Assembly: GCA_030603385.1 (NCBI GenBank)
Contig: JAUVXW010000008.1
Span: forward strand, 1-64,000
Direction: 5' to 3'
DNA from: Promethearchaeota archaeon
GTDB lineage: Archaea; Asgardarchaeota; Lokiarchaeia; Sigyniarchaeales; SOKP01
DNA: 64,000 nt
The notes under the pieces: model-generated
The model's input: the letters and a program-made list of their open reading frames with translations, nothing else
The model's database searches: none
What the model was told of the DNA's origin: nothing
Part shown: positions 39,248 through 51,000 of the stretch, piece by piece
Numbering within the stretch: position 1 is the stretch's first letter
How the letters are laid out: each line of letters begins with the position of its first letter
Translations under genes and position numbers: made by a program

Positions 39248-40450
39248 ATGGATAAGAAAACAACTGAGCAACTGCAAGCAAGGATGAAGAGAGACGTTAA
39301 TGTGGGAATTCACGGGATATTAGATGCAGAAGCGACTAGATATTTTGAAGATGAAAGTGAAGATATCAGACCTCCTTTCTTTAGAGATGTAGACAGAATA
39401 GTTCATTCAAAGGCTTTTAGTCGTTATATAGATAAATCTCAAGTTTTCTTTGATATCAATAATGCCAATATCACTCATAGATCTCTTCATGTAACTTTAG
39501 TATCAAGAGTCAGCAGGCAGATTGGACGTGTTTTAAGATTAAATACTGATTTAATAGAAGCGATAGCTTTGGGACATGATATTGGGCACTCTCCCTTTGG
39601 GCACCTCGGAGAAGAATTATTAAATGATCTTAGTCGAGATTATAATATGGGAACATTTAGCCATAATGCCCAAGGTATAAGATGGCTTTCTTATCTTGAA
39701 AAAAGATTTCCAGAGAAACCTGCTAAGGGACTAAACTTGACTTTACAAGTTCTAGATGGCATTCTTTGTCATGATGGTGAAGTTAATGAGCAAAAATTAA
39801 AGCCAATTAAACGAAATGGAAAAAAATGGGAAGATCATCTTAAAGAATACGAAGATTGCTTTAATGAAAACAAAATCAATAGAATCCCAATGTCTTATGA
39901 GGGTATAGCAGTAAGATTTGCTGATACAATAAGCTATATTGGTAGAGATATTGAAGATGCCATTTTGTTAAAACTTATAAGTCGAAAAGAAATCCCTGAA
40001 TTTTGCAAAGAAGTATTAGGGGATACGAACGCTAAGATAATCAATACTCTCATAACAGATTTGTTAAACTATAGCCTTGATAATGATGTAATTGGTTATT
40101 CTGACAATATCTTTAAAGCATTAAAACAACTTAAAGCTTTCAACTATGATAAAATATATACAAGAAGAGATCTCTTTAAAAAAAATTCAACTGAAAAGAC
40201 CTTCGTAGATAACTTAAGAAATAAGTTTAAATTAATCTTTACTCTATGTTTAAAAGATTTGGAAGAAGATAATTATGATTCTCCTATTTTTAGAGACCAT
40301 ATTGAATATATTGATGATCAAAATTATAGATCTTATTTTCAGCTTCTCAAAAAAAATAATAAACTAACTTTAATCGTTAGAGATTACATTGCTGGTATGT
40401 CTGATAAATACTTTAGTGAAACATTTGAAAGATTTCACAAAGGAAATTGA
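39248..40450 (+). CDS. HD-domain dNTP triphosphohydrolase (dGTPase-like)
   Basis: RDVDRIVHSKAF.R...KSQVF, HRSLH, LGHDIGHSPFGHLGE, HNAQ, ADTISY...DIEDA, DYIAGMSD. Confidence 0.9.
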   Translation: MDKKTTEQLQARMKRDVNVGIHGILDAEATRYFEDESEDIRPPFFRDVDRIVHSKAFSRYIDKSQVFFDINNANITHRSLHVTLVSRVSRQIGRVLRLNTDLIEAIALGHDIGHSPFGHLGEELLNDLSRDYNMGTFSHNAQGIRWLSYLEKRFPEKPAKGLNLTLQVLDGILCHDGEVNEQKLKPIKRNGKKWEDHLKEYEDCFNENKINRIPMSYEGIAVRFADTISYIGRDIEDAILLKLISRKEIPEFCKEVLGDTNAKIINTLITDLLNYSLDNDVIGYSDNIFKALKQLKAFNYDKIYTRRDLFKKNSTEKTFVDNLRNKFKLIFTLCLKDLEEDNYDSPIFRDHIEYIDDQNYRSYFQLLKKNNKLTLIVRDYIAGMSDKYFSETFERFHKGN

Positions 40451-40469
40451 TAAAAAGTACCAAACAGAT

Positions 40470-43133
40470 TTAGTTTTTAACTGGTTTATTATTTTTCCTT
40501 GATTGTTTACTTGAAAGAGCTTCTCTTAATTGATCGATAAAAGATAATTTTTCATCTTTCTTCTTCTTTCTTTTTTTCTTAAGGATTTTAACCACTTGAC
40601 CTTGCTCTTTCTCTTGCTCTTGATATGAATGCCGTAATTCGATGCAATATTTGTCTGGTATACTTGCTCTATCCACATTTTTACCTTTTTTCTTTTTCTT
40701 TATATAATCATCTATTAATTCTATTAACTCATCAAGTAATTCTACCAAAAAGTCTTCTATCTTTTTTCCTACTATCTCTTCAATAAAATCTACGAGAAGC
40801 TCTTTCATAAGTTTACCTACATAATGAAAATATAATTCTAATCCGGATTCGTGCTCAAATAATAAGATTTCACGCGTATTTAGAGAAAACTTCAGACTAT
40901 CAATATCATTTTTCCATTCTGCTAAGCAAAGAGGCTTACTATCCTTAATATAACTCTTAGATTTAACAATTTCTCTGAGGTCCTTGTATTCATCTGGATA
41001 GATTCTCGCATTTCCAAAACCTCGATTACTTTTATTTAGAGGAACTGGTAAGTCATCTTTATATTCTAATGGTTTTAATTTTAATGAAACTATTTCTTCT
41101 TTATCTTTCTTTAAATGGTTACATGCGTATTCAAGATTTTTTGAGTAATCGTCGATATTAGAAGTTTTAGTCTTGTAGTCAGTAAAAAATTCGTTAAATT
41201 CTTTCTCTCTTTCTTCAATATTTCTAGAAAGCTCTTTAAGTTTACGTCTTTTTTTTCTCAAAAATTCTTGGTTATGCCATTTACGGAGTGAAATAAAGTT
41301 TGCAGTTGAAGCAACAAAACCAATAAGAACTAATAAGGTAACTACGAATGCGAGAATAAATGGCCATGGAGGTGATACTGTTATATCATAAGATTCCCAA
41401 GTACATGAGTAAAAATCTAATTTATTAAGAGCATTTTGCTGAAATCCAGTCAAGTTTATGTGATGAGCATGGTATAATTTTGGGACATTTAACCAGATGT
41501 ATGGCATATCATCAATCAAAAGCTCTTGAATTCCATCATATAGAGCTTCTCTTAATACAGGATTTCTTTCTATAAGAGCTTCTTCCATCAAAAGCTGAAC
41601 ATTATCCCAAAGATAATATGGATTTCTACCAGCTAATTGAGCTTCTGTGAAACCATTATACTGCGCTCCATTCATTCTTATAGAACTATTCGTATAAAAA
41701 TTGTCTATAAAAAGGCTTGGATCATTAAAATCTGGCATGTATCCAAAAATATAGAGTTCTAATTCATTTCTATGATGGGCTCCCTTTTCTTCTAATATTT
41801 CTATAAACGTAAGCCATGAGGTACTGGCGTTTGTTATTTGAATTCCTGTTTTATTTAGATTATTCTGTAGCAATAGAAATATACTCTCCCGATAAAAGTT
41901 TAAAGCATTATAGGTAAAATTATATGAAACAAACACATTATTTGTCCAATTATCCTCAGTAATTCCGGGAAAAGTTGGATCAAATCCTACCCCAAACCCC
42001 ATCGATTGCATAATCATCCTTGCATGTGTAATGTTGAAGTTAGGTAAATTGAATGAATCATTGGCATATCTAATACCTGTGGGTATGGGTGAACTCATCC
42101 TCATTGTTCTTCCTGCTTTTAATACATCAATTATATATGAGTAATTAATACTGTAAGAAATCACCTCTCTAAATGTTCTATTTATTAATATATTATTTAC
42201 ACCTAAATATTCAATTATTCCAGCAGTCTTATTGAAATCTAAAACAGTTATATTAGGATCAGCTGTAAAATTTTCTAAAAACGACGATGAAGGATTAGAT
42301 AAAAAATGAATCCCATTCTTCAGTAATGCTTCATTTCTCAGATTTGAATTGCTGATTATTGAAAACACTAATATATCAATACTTGCTTTCCCCCTCCAAT
42401 AGTTATCAAATGCATGGAAACTTACTTCAAAATTATTTACATAATAATCATAAACAAATGGACCAGTCCCTACTAAATCTCCTGTATTAGTGTCGATATA
42501 TTCGGTAACGGGAGTAGAAAAGGGTGATAAAATATAAGAACCACTAAAACATAATAAAGCCTCAAAAGGAGCATACGGACCATTTAAAATAAAGGTAACA
42601 TTGTAAGCACTATTTATTCTAACTTCTTTTACAATTGGAATCCCACTTGGGAATTTGTATAAGTACTCTAATTGAGTTCTAAACTCATAATTAGTACCGG
42701 TGGTGTTTAAAGCCCAAGCCATTCTTTGCCATGTAAAATTCACTGCACTAGCATTAAAGATTGTCCCGTCATGGAATAAAACGTTTTGTCTGAGAAGAAC
42801 AGTATATTCTGTACCATTTAGATTCCATGATCCATAATCGGAAGCAAGATGAGGAATTATTTTAAGTTCTGGATCTGCCAAGTCATAAGTAAATAATCCT
42901 TCACAGATTTGGTCAATTACTTCAAATGAATTTGATTCCCAAGCAAGTTGTGGATCAAGATAACTCGGACCATAAGCTACCCCAACTTTAAAGGGAGTGA
43001 TTGTAGAACTACTGCTCATCCGTAAATTTGAATCTAGATGCATATTATTATTCTGTGTGCTTATATCGAAAAAGAATACAGCAGATAGCATTAATAAAAG
43101 TAGTATTAAAACTGACTTTAGACTTTTTTTCAT
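40470..43133 (-). CDS. Family-5 (Opp/Dpp) solute-binding protein fused to TM helix and cytoplasmic domain
   Basis: Signal/anchor, LDP, EGL, LRQNVLFHDGT.FNA.AV, VGTGPF, PDFNDP; TM WPFILAFVVTLLVLIGFV; about 270-aa charged C-terminus. Confidence 0.85.
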   Translation of the reverse strand: MKKSLKSVLILLLLMLSAVFFFDISTQNNNMHLDSNLRMSSSSTITPFKVGVAYGPSYLDPQLAWESNSFEVIDQICEGLFTYDLADPELKIIPHLASDYGSWNLNGTEYTVLLRQNVLFHDGTIFNASAVNFTWQRMAWALNTTGTNYEFRTQLEYLYKFPSGIPIVKEVRINSAYNVTFILNGPYAPFEALLCFSGSYILSPFSTPVTEYIDTNTGDLVGTGPFVYDYYVNNFEVSFHAFDNYWRGKASIDILVFSIISNSNLRNEALLKNGIHFLSNPSSSFLENFTADPNITVLDFNKTAGIIEYLGVNNILINRTFREVISYSINYSYIIDVLKAGRTMRMSSPIPTGIRYANDSFNLPNFNITHARMIMQSMGFGVGFDPTFPGITEDNWTNNVFVSYNFTYNALNFYRESIFLLLQNNLNKTGIQITNASTSWLTFIEILEEKGAHHRNELELYIFGYMPDFNDPSLFIDNFYTNSSIRMNGAQYNGFTEAQLAGRNPYYLWDNVQLLMEEALIERNPVLREALYDGIQELLIDDMPYIWLNVPKLYHAHHINLTGFQQNALNKLDFYSCTWESYDITVSPPWPFILAFVVTLLVLIGFVASTANFISLRKWHNQEFLRKKRRKLKELSRNIEEREKEFNEFFTDYKTKTSNIDDYSKNLEYACNHLKKDKEEIVSLKLKPLEYKDDLPVPLNKSNRGFGNARIYPDEYKDLREIVKSKSYIKDSKPLCLAEWKNDIDSLKFSLNTREILLFEHESGLELYFHYVGKLMKELLVDFIEEIVGKKIEDFLVELLDELIELIDDYIKKKKKGKNVDRASIPDKYCIELRHSYQEQEKEQGQVVKILKKKRKKKKDEKLSFIDQLREALSSKQSRKNNKPVKN

Positions 43134-43276
43134 AAAATAACGCCCAAATGTGATAATTATGATCTATTATTCTACCAAGGTATAAAAATATATTTACCAC
43201 TTTGTCAATGAAAAGATGCTACTTAATATTTTTGCAATAATTTACCCGGAACAAGCTAAATTGCCTATTACCATTC

Positions 43277-43618
43277 CTATTTGATCTTTTCACCATCACT
43301 TTTCACTCTTTCAATTAACTGCTCATAGAAACTAACCAAATCTAAAAAAAACTCCTCATCGGAATAAATTTCTTCCTTACATTTTTCCCGCAAAAAAATA
43401 AAAAATCTTTTATGCCTACTATAACTAGAATCTTTATAAATAAATTCCTCTCCCTTTTTCTTAATCCCTACAAGCATACAAACCTTAACTAAGACATTAT
43501 CTGCAATATGATGTGCTAACTCAAAAATTTCATTAGATTCATTTTCTACTAACATCTTTGCCACGGACAACATTCGCTTTAAAGTCTGAACTCTTGCATT
43601 ATTATTGGTTTTTGTCAT
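43277..43618 (-). CDS. Hypothetical protein
   Basis: 113-aa helical ORF, no confident motif. Confidence 0.5.
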   Translation of the reverse strand: MTKTNNNARVQTLKRMLSVAKMLVENESNEIFELAHHIADNVLVKVCMLVGIKKKGEEFIYKDSSYSRHKRFFIFLREKCKEEIYSDEEFFLDLVSFYEQLIERVKSDGEKIK

Positions 43619-44187
43619 ACAAATTATTAGTAAGTTTGATATTAATATATTTTTTTGTACTTTTTTGTTGAAGTGTTATTGATCTCATTTTGAAATCACT
43701 TCGTGAATACGAAGTGAATTTAGTTCATTTAGATCTCCTATAAATCTCATAATTATATATTTCCAAGTAAAGATCCACTTACAATAGAGTTAGTCGCGAG
43801 GAAATTTAAAAAATGAAAAAGAAAAAAATATTACAGTCCTTACAATATAATCAAGTAAATTTAATTTAATTAAAAAATTTAATATATCATATTTACTCCA
43901 GACTAATATGGCTCTTTTTACAGAAATGCCAGTTATTTTTACAATTCCTTTGGATGTTTTGTTTACCGTCTTTGTGATATTATATCCTTTGGATTCTTGT
44001 TCATGTTTATTATTTTAATGAAATTAAGTTGGCAAACTATAATGGATATATTTCGTCAAACACTTTAAGTTAAAGTAAAAATTTTATTTGATTTCATTAA
44101 TAATAAGTAAATACTTTGCATTCTTTAAGAATTACTAAACTATAAAGTATTAATTTTATTTTATAAAAAAACTCAATTTAGAAAATT

Positions 44188-44829
44188 TTATATAATTAAC
44201 CTAACATACTCAATATATTTTGAAGTCTCTTGCTTTTTTACAAGCTTTAAAGTATTTATTAAAACTCGCATTATTTCATTTAAATCATTTTTAGAATATT
44301 CAAGATAGAATTCTGCATTAGATATCCCAGTGAATCCTTTTATTTTGAAGTCAATTATTTTGCGGTTTAAATTTAAAACAACCCTTTCAATTTTTTCATA
44401 ATTTAAGAATATTGTATAATTAATTATTTCTACTACATCAACAGGATATACTGAAAAATCAGTTTTATGATTTAATTTGAAATTTTTTCTTATATATCGC
44501 TTGTTGGTCAAAATATTATAATAATTATAATATTTAAGTTGTTTATATGATAATCCTAATAATTTACTTAATTTTTTATACTCCTTTAATAAAATCAATG
44601 AAACAGTTAAAGTTCCTAAAGTTAAGGTAGGTATAAGAAACATCAAAGAGAAAAAATTTCCTTGAATCATATAATAATAGAAAAATAATTTATATAAAAT
44701 TATAAAAAACATAATAAGAAACACTCCTAATCGAATAAAGTTCACTAGATTTACTGTTTTTTTAGTACACCATAAAATCTTCTCATCCTTAAGCAAATTT
44801 TCATTAAACTCTTCTACTTTTTCAGTCAA
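44188..44829 (-). CDS. Two-TM membrane protein, possible bacterial-type PH domain
   Basis: LLKDEKILW, two TM helices, then YNILTNKRYI. Confidence 0.6.
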   Translation of the reverse strand: MTEKVEEFNENLLKDEKILWCTKKTVNLVNFIRLGVFLIMFFIILYKLFFYYYMIQGNFFSLMFLIPTLTLGTLTVSLILLKEYKKLSKLLGLSYKQLKYYNYYNILTNKRYIRKNFKLNHKTDFSVYPVDVVEIINYTIFLNYEKIERVVLNLNRKIIDFKIKGFTGISNAEFYLEYSKNDLNEIMRVLINTLKLVKKQETSKYIEYVRLII

Positions 44830-45053
44830 ATTAAAGACTTTTTCACTTATTTCAAATTTTTTAAAAATTCTCGACTTAAAGATATAAAATCAATCTAAAA
44901 AGGTTTTCTATTGGATTTAGTATTAATTTAGAGCTAAAATTGCGAATCTTCAACTTTGTCAATGGAAAGAATTAAAAATAGAGTATTCTTATTAAATCTT
45001 TGACCTTTTTTATTATAAATTAAATCCAATATCTATTATAAAAATGATATAAG

Positions 45054-48000
45054 ATGAAGCCTTATTCAAGAAAATTCTCAACCATATGGTTAATTTTTCT
45101 CTTTATATTTGGCGGGTTTATACCAGCATTTACATTGAATCTTTTTAATCTGAAAGAAAAATTAGAAGGTAATTCTGATGATACTTTGGAATCAATTACC
45201 GAAAAGGAGAGGGAAAATATTGAAGATGACATAATTAATACTGAAGAAAAAGATTCTGAAATAGAAAGGTTGATTAATGATGAAGAAAATGCACAAGATG
45301 TTTATACTACTAGACTAAACGATATTAATATCAATAAATCTCAAATGGATGTGGATTATAGTTCAATAGAAGATTTAACAAATGAATATTTAGCAGGTAA
45401 TATTACTCTTGAAACTTATCTTATTAAAATAAGAGGGAAACCTATTATTTACACATCAGTTTATAATAATGGGACTTTTGAACGTATAATAAAATTCATT
45501 GAATATATAGACACTAAGCCTGTGAATTTAACAGATGCTATAGAGTATGAAATTTTACATACTGAAAATATAAAATCTTATGAAATTATAAACGTAAAAA
45601 ACGTAAAAGATTACAATAAAAAAAATCTAGCTTATGAAGTTGCTGGAAATCTTCAAGCATTATCGATAAATAAATTAATCTCTAAAGACTTTTCTTCTTA
45701 TTATAAGGATTTCTTTGATTTATTCCATAATAACTTAAAAACTGGTCAGAGTGTTTTAACACTTAAGTATGAATTAGAAAGACCAATTAATAACCGAAAT
45801 TATGTTTTATCAAAAGTTATATACGACAAGGATAATTGTCAAGTACTATTTGATAATTTTTTATCTAATTCAAGAAGATACCAAGTTAAAAATAAAACTA
45901 TAGTAATCGAAAGGAATTTATCAATATCCAATAAGGCGACTATAAATCTATATGTCGGAGTTTTATATAATCCATCATTTTTGGGCATTCCTATCCCCAT
46001 AGTATCGTATAAATTTACTTATGATATTTATTGCTCGATCGAAGCTATACCCTTTTATACAAGTTCTTTAACTCCTAAAGATGGTAGTATAAGTCTTGCG
46101 ATTTACTTTGCTCACGAAACGGAGTATTCAACTTTAGAAGCAGTTCATTATCTCGTTGCAGCCATACCTTTTGTTGGTTTGGCTTTTGCAATCTGGTTTG
46201 CAGTAGTTTCTGAAGATGCGAGAAATTCTGAAAAAGCAGGGGCAGTTTCATTTTCAACATCATCGTCAAGAGGTGATACAATTTCTAGTATAAATGATTG
46301 GTCTTACACGACTCCTGGGGGTTACTATAATCCTTATAGTGGTCCATATTATAGATATGCGACTATTTCTAAAAGCTCAAATACACAAGATAAAGGAACT
46401 GTTACTATTTCAACAACTTTATCTGGTTCTGGATTAGGTGCTTCTGGTTTAGACTCTGATTCAGTAACTTTAGAATACGTTAGGATTTTAAAAGTACCTG
46501 AATTGACATATGTTATTGATAGAACTGCCATGACTGCTGGAGTGAATGGGAACTTAAAAGTAACTGTCAAAAATAAAAATTCAGATACAAATTCAATAAA
46601 ATTAAAGGATCTAATAATTAAGGTATCTCTAGTGTTAAATCCCAGTAAATTTGATATTAATTCTGTTGGAACTAAATATGCAACTCATAAATTCACTACC
46701 ATCTCAGACTCTGGTGAAAAATCATTTACAATTATTCCTATTCTAGACGAAATGGGGGATGCTCGTTTAAAAATCGAAATTTTAGGCTATAAATTCTTTA
46801 TTGATGCAAATCCGGATGTTACAATAACAATTTCCTCGACTTCTATACAAAAAACACAAGATATCACAAATTTACCTGCAATTGCAAATATAATAATAAA
46901 AGATTTTACACCAATTCATCAATTCCAATTAATTTCAAGAAGTGAACCTGGTTATGAATTCAGTTTAAATATTGCATTAGAAAATCTAGGAGGAATTGAT
47001 GCACAATTAATTGAATTTTATCTATATTTGAAATATCCCTCTTCTGCTTATTTTGATACTTATGATACTTTAACTTATGATCGAATTGCAAATATTACAG
47101 GGAGTAATATTGAATTATTTACATATTCTACGAATCTAGAGATTAAGGGAGATTATACTTTTAGATTTGGAATTGTCTATTCATTTGAAGTTTTAGGTAA
47201 AACCTATACAAGTTTATTTATATACAATCAAAATGAAGATCAAGATAATTGTTTAATTCTTCCAGACCCATATAATAATAAAGATTACAATATGGTAATT
47301 AATCTGAGATCAAGACCTATGATTAATCTTGAAGTAGATATTACTGATGATAGTTATACAGTTGTAAAAATAATTGCAGGGAATCGAGCTCAATTTGATA
47401 ATTTATCATTTTCAATCTCATATAAAGCTATTGGAGTCAAATATGAAAATGATGGGATGAATATATTTGGATGGTTTACTGATGCAGCGAATATAATAAC
47501 TGACATAGCTTCTTTCGCAACTAAATCTTATGGGGAAGGGTTAAAAGCTCTTATCACAGCTATAACGTCCTTTAAAAGGTTAGGGGATGAAATGAAATAT
47601 AACGTTGCTGATTTTCTAATTAGAATAGGAGTTGGTATTATTATTAGGGCAATTTATACACTATATTTTTCATGGGGTCCTTACAATATTAATACACCAT
47701 TAGGATCTTTTCTTGGTGATTTGAAAGGTACTTATTATGCGCAATCTGGTGGATATGAGCCTTCAGAAGTTATAGATGATGAAGATTTAATATTAAAGTT
47801 TAAGCGAGATAGTCCTAACATCATTGATGACTTTTGGTTAGTCTATCTAGCTCGAGGATTTCATAGATCTCAAATTTATATTGATTTCGATTATACATTT
47901 TCAGATAAATATGGAAATGTTTGGACTGGTTCTGAAGTGGAACTTAAGAAAGAAGGTCAGGAAGTATCAAACTTGGATAATGTTGAGGTTACAGTTCAAT

Positions 48001-51000
48001 TAAGTGTTTTTATGAAAGATGGTTTTAATGTATATTATAACTGTTGGGTAGAGTTTTTAACGATTTCAGCTACTTTAGTTATTGAAATTGTTTTATCTGC
48101 CCTAGGGTGGTTACCAGGAATGCAGTGGACTTGGGCTGCTGTTGCAATGAATTTGCTCATGTTAGCCCTTTCAGTTACAATAATGGGTATTATAGCAGCA
48201 ATTTTATATAGTGATCCGGATCCTAACTATACAGTGATAGATGAACCCATACCTTACGAATTAGAAGAAATATTTACTAATAGTTCTGACGGAGGTTCTC
48301 ACCTAAAACAAATCAAATTAATGTCAGATTTATTTGGCTATTTGAATGCTTCAAAAACTTCATTATTTAGGTTATATCAAGCAAAACTTGAAAATAATCA
48401 AACTTATACAGTATTACAATCAAAAGCATTATATAAATATACAGTAGAAGCAGAAAGGATCAATAACGACCTTCTATATGAATCACTTTACAATGCATTA
48501 TTAAATTATAACAGAAGCTTAATTGATAATAAAACCGCCAATATTTTAATTGAAAAAATAAAAAATGAAGGAATAACTCCAGAAGTAGAAAATAAAATAC
48601 GAGAGATCTCATCAGGAGTGAATAATGATACGTTTGATGTAATCGAAGAAGAAATCTATAATATGAATTCTACTCAGATAATCAGCTTATTAAATCGAAA
48701 TCATACAATGGACGAAATGTATGCTAGATACCTTATTTTCAATGACAGGATTCACTTTCTAAGAGATGAATCTCTAGATGGAATTGTATATGCAAGAACA
48801 GAAATACTAGAGGGATCAATAAGAAATGCTACTACCCAAGAATTAAACGTTCCCTTTAATTTAAATAAAACTATCATAAATCAATTAGAATCAGAAAATT
48901 TTACAAATATAGAAACCCTATGTCAAGATCTGAATGAATCTGCTTGGGAATTATTTTATAAAACTAATAATACACTTTATATGAAATACGCTGATTTTGC
49001 GCTCCAAACATTATATTCTCTTAAATTTTACATAAGTGTAAGAGCAATTGGATATCCTAATCAAATAATCATTGACGAGAACATTACACCTCAGACTTTA
49101 AATCTAGAGATAACAAACAATGGATTTATTAATAGTACATTTGGTTTTGAAGTTGAATCTGATTTTATTGGAATTTTCAGCATATCACCCGATATTTCTT
49201 CAATACAAATTTTCGTAGAACCTTTACAGATCCATGAATTAAAGATAGAATTCTCAATTTCGGATAATCATATATTAACACCTGGAGAATATCCTGGTAA
49301 AATTAGAGTTTATTCACTTGAAAATCCATTAAAGTATGATGAAATTGATTTTTCAATTATCATCCCTATTTATAACTTTAATATAAGCTCAGAAGCAAAA
49401 TCTATCTCTGTAGTTCCCGGAGAAACAGTAAAAACAAATTTGAATGTGAAAAATTTAGGTAATGTATATGATATTTATGAATTACAGATTGTTAGCGAAA
49501 TACCTATATCATGGATATATACTTTAAATAAAATAATTTTACCTAAAGGTAATGATTATGATATTCCATTAGTTATTACACCAGTAAGACATTATACTAC
49601 AACACCTGGTACATATTTAGTAGAAATATTCGTTAAATCAATTGGAAACGGTTCAATAATTAAAAGTTTGTTATATTCAATTGAGATTTTACCATATTAT
49701 GAATATAGCAGTTCTTCAAAAATTATTGATAATAAAATTAAACCCGGTGAAGAAGCTATTTTTAATTTCAATATTACTAACTTAGGAAATACACCTGAAA
49801 CTTATAATATTTCATTATCTGTAGATGATTTTATTAAAAATTGGACTACGTCAAATCTTTTAAGTAATAATTATGAAGTTATCTCTTTACAGCCTGGTGA
49901 AACATTCTCTAAGCAGATTTTATTAATAACAATTGATACATATAAACTGGTGTCAGGAATTTATGAAAATTTCTTAAAAATAGAGTCAATAACTTCCTCT
50001 GTGGATCACGAATTTTTGGATTTTACAATTGAAATTTTAAAATCAATTAGATTTAGTGTAAAAATTGATGATATAGAAGAGAAAGTTATTCCTGGAGAAA
50101 TTGCTCAATACAACCTCACTATTCAAAATTTAGGAAATATCGGTGAATTTTTCAATTATTCTATTGATTTTATCGGTGCTGAATCAACATGGGAAATTCA
50201 ATTAATAACAGAAGAAGATCCGGAATTAGATTTAACTGGTTGGGTAAGTTTAAATCCTGGTGAAAATCAAACGTTTAAGTTGGAAGTATTTCCACCTAGA
50301 ATCTATACTACAACAGTAGGAATTTATCCATTTTATTTCTTAGTTTTTAGTAATTCAACACCGCCAATAAACCAGACAGTGAGTAGCGTTATAGAAATCT
50401 TAAATTTCTATGAGATGACTGTAGATTTTGATATCTCTAATTACGAAGTTGATCCAGGAGAAATAACAATATTATGTTTAAACATAAATAATTTTGGTAA
50501 TGACAATTATACATTCTCTATTAGTTTATCTTCTAACGTTCCAAATGAATGGATATCGATATATACAAATACGATTTTATTACAACCTGGAGAAACATCA
50601 GAAATTCAAATAGAGATTCTACCACCAAAGTTGTATACTACTGTTCCTGGCATATATAATATTACCTTAAATGTAACCTTATTAGAAAATCCAGAGACAT
50701 ATCAAATGATTGAAACTGAAATAAAAATATTGGAATTCTATGAATCGATAATTCATGCAATACCTGAGAAAATTGAAGCTGAAATTGGAGATTCAATTGA
50801 ATTTGAATTTAGCATTACTAATTTAGGTAATGTTTTAAGTGAATATTCCTTACACTCATTTTCATGGAATGTTTCAATTGTAAGTGAATGGATTAAGGTA
50901 TTGATTCCATCCATTACTCTTAATCCTGGTGAAACTGGAAAATTGCTAATAAATATTGATATTCCATATTTCTGGCAGGATATGGAACCCATTCATGCAA

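Larger units (their letters stand above)
43199..44970 (+). repeat. 18-bp direct repeat pair ACTTTGTCAATG(A/G)AAAGA
   Basis: Copies at 43199-43216 and 44953-44970, 17/18 identical. Confidence 0.6.

Noticed and set aside
43277-43618. HEPN-domain toxin call
   Set aside because: Helical pattern is suggestive but there is no clear Rx4-6H motif
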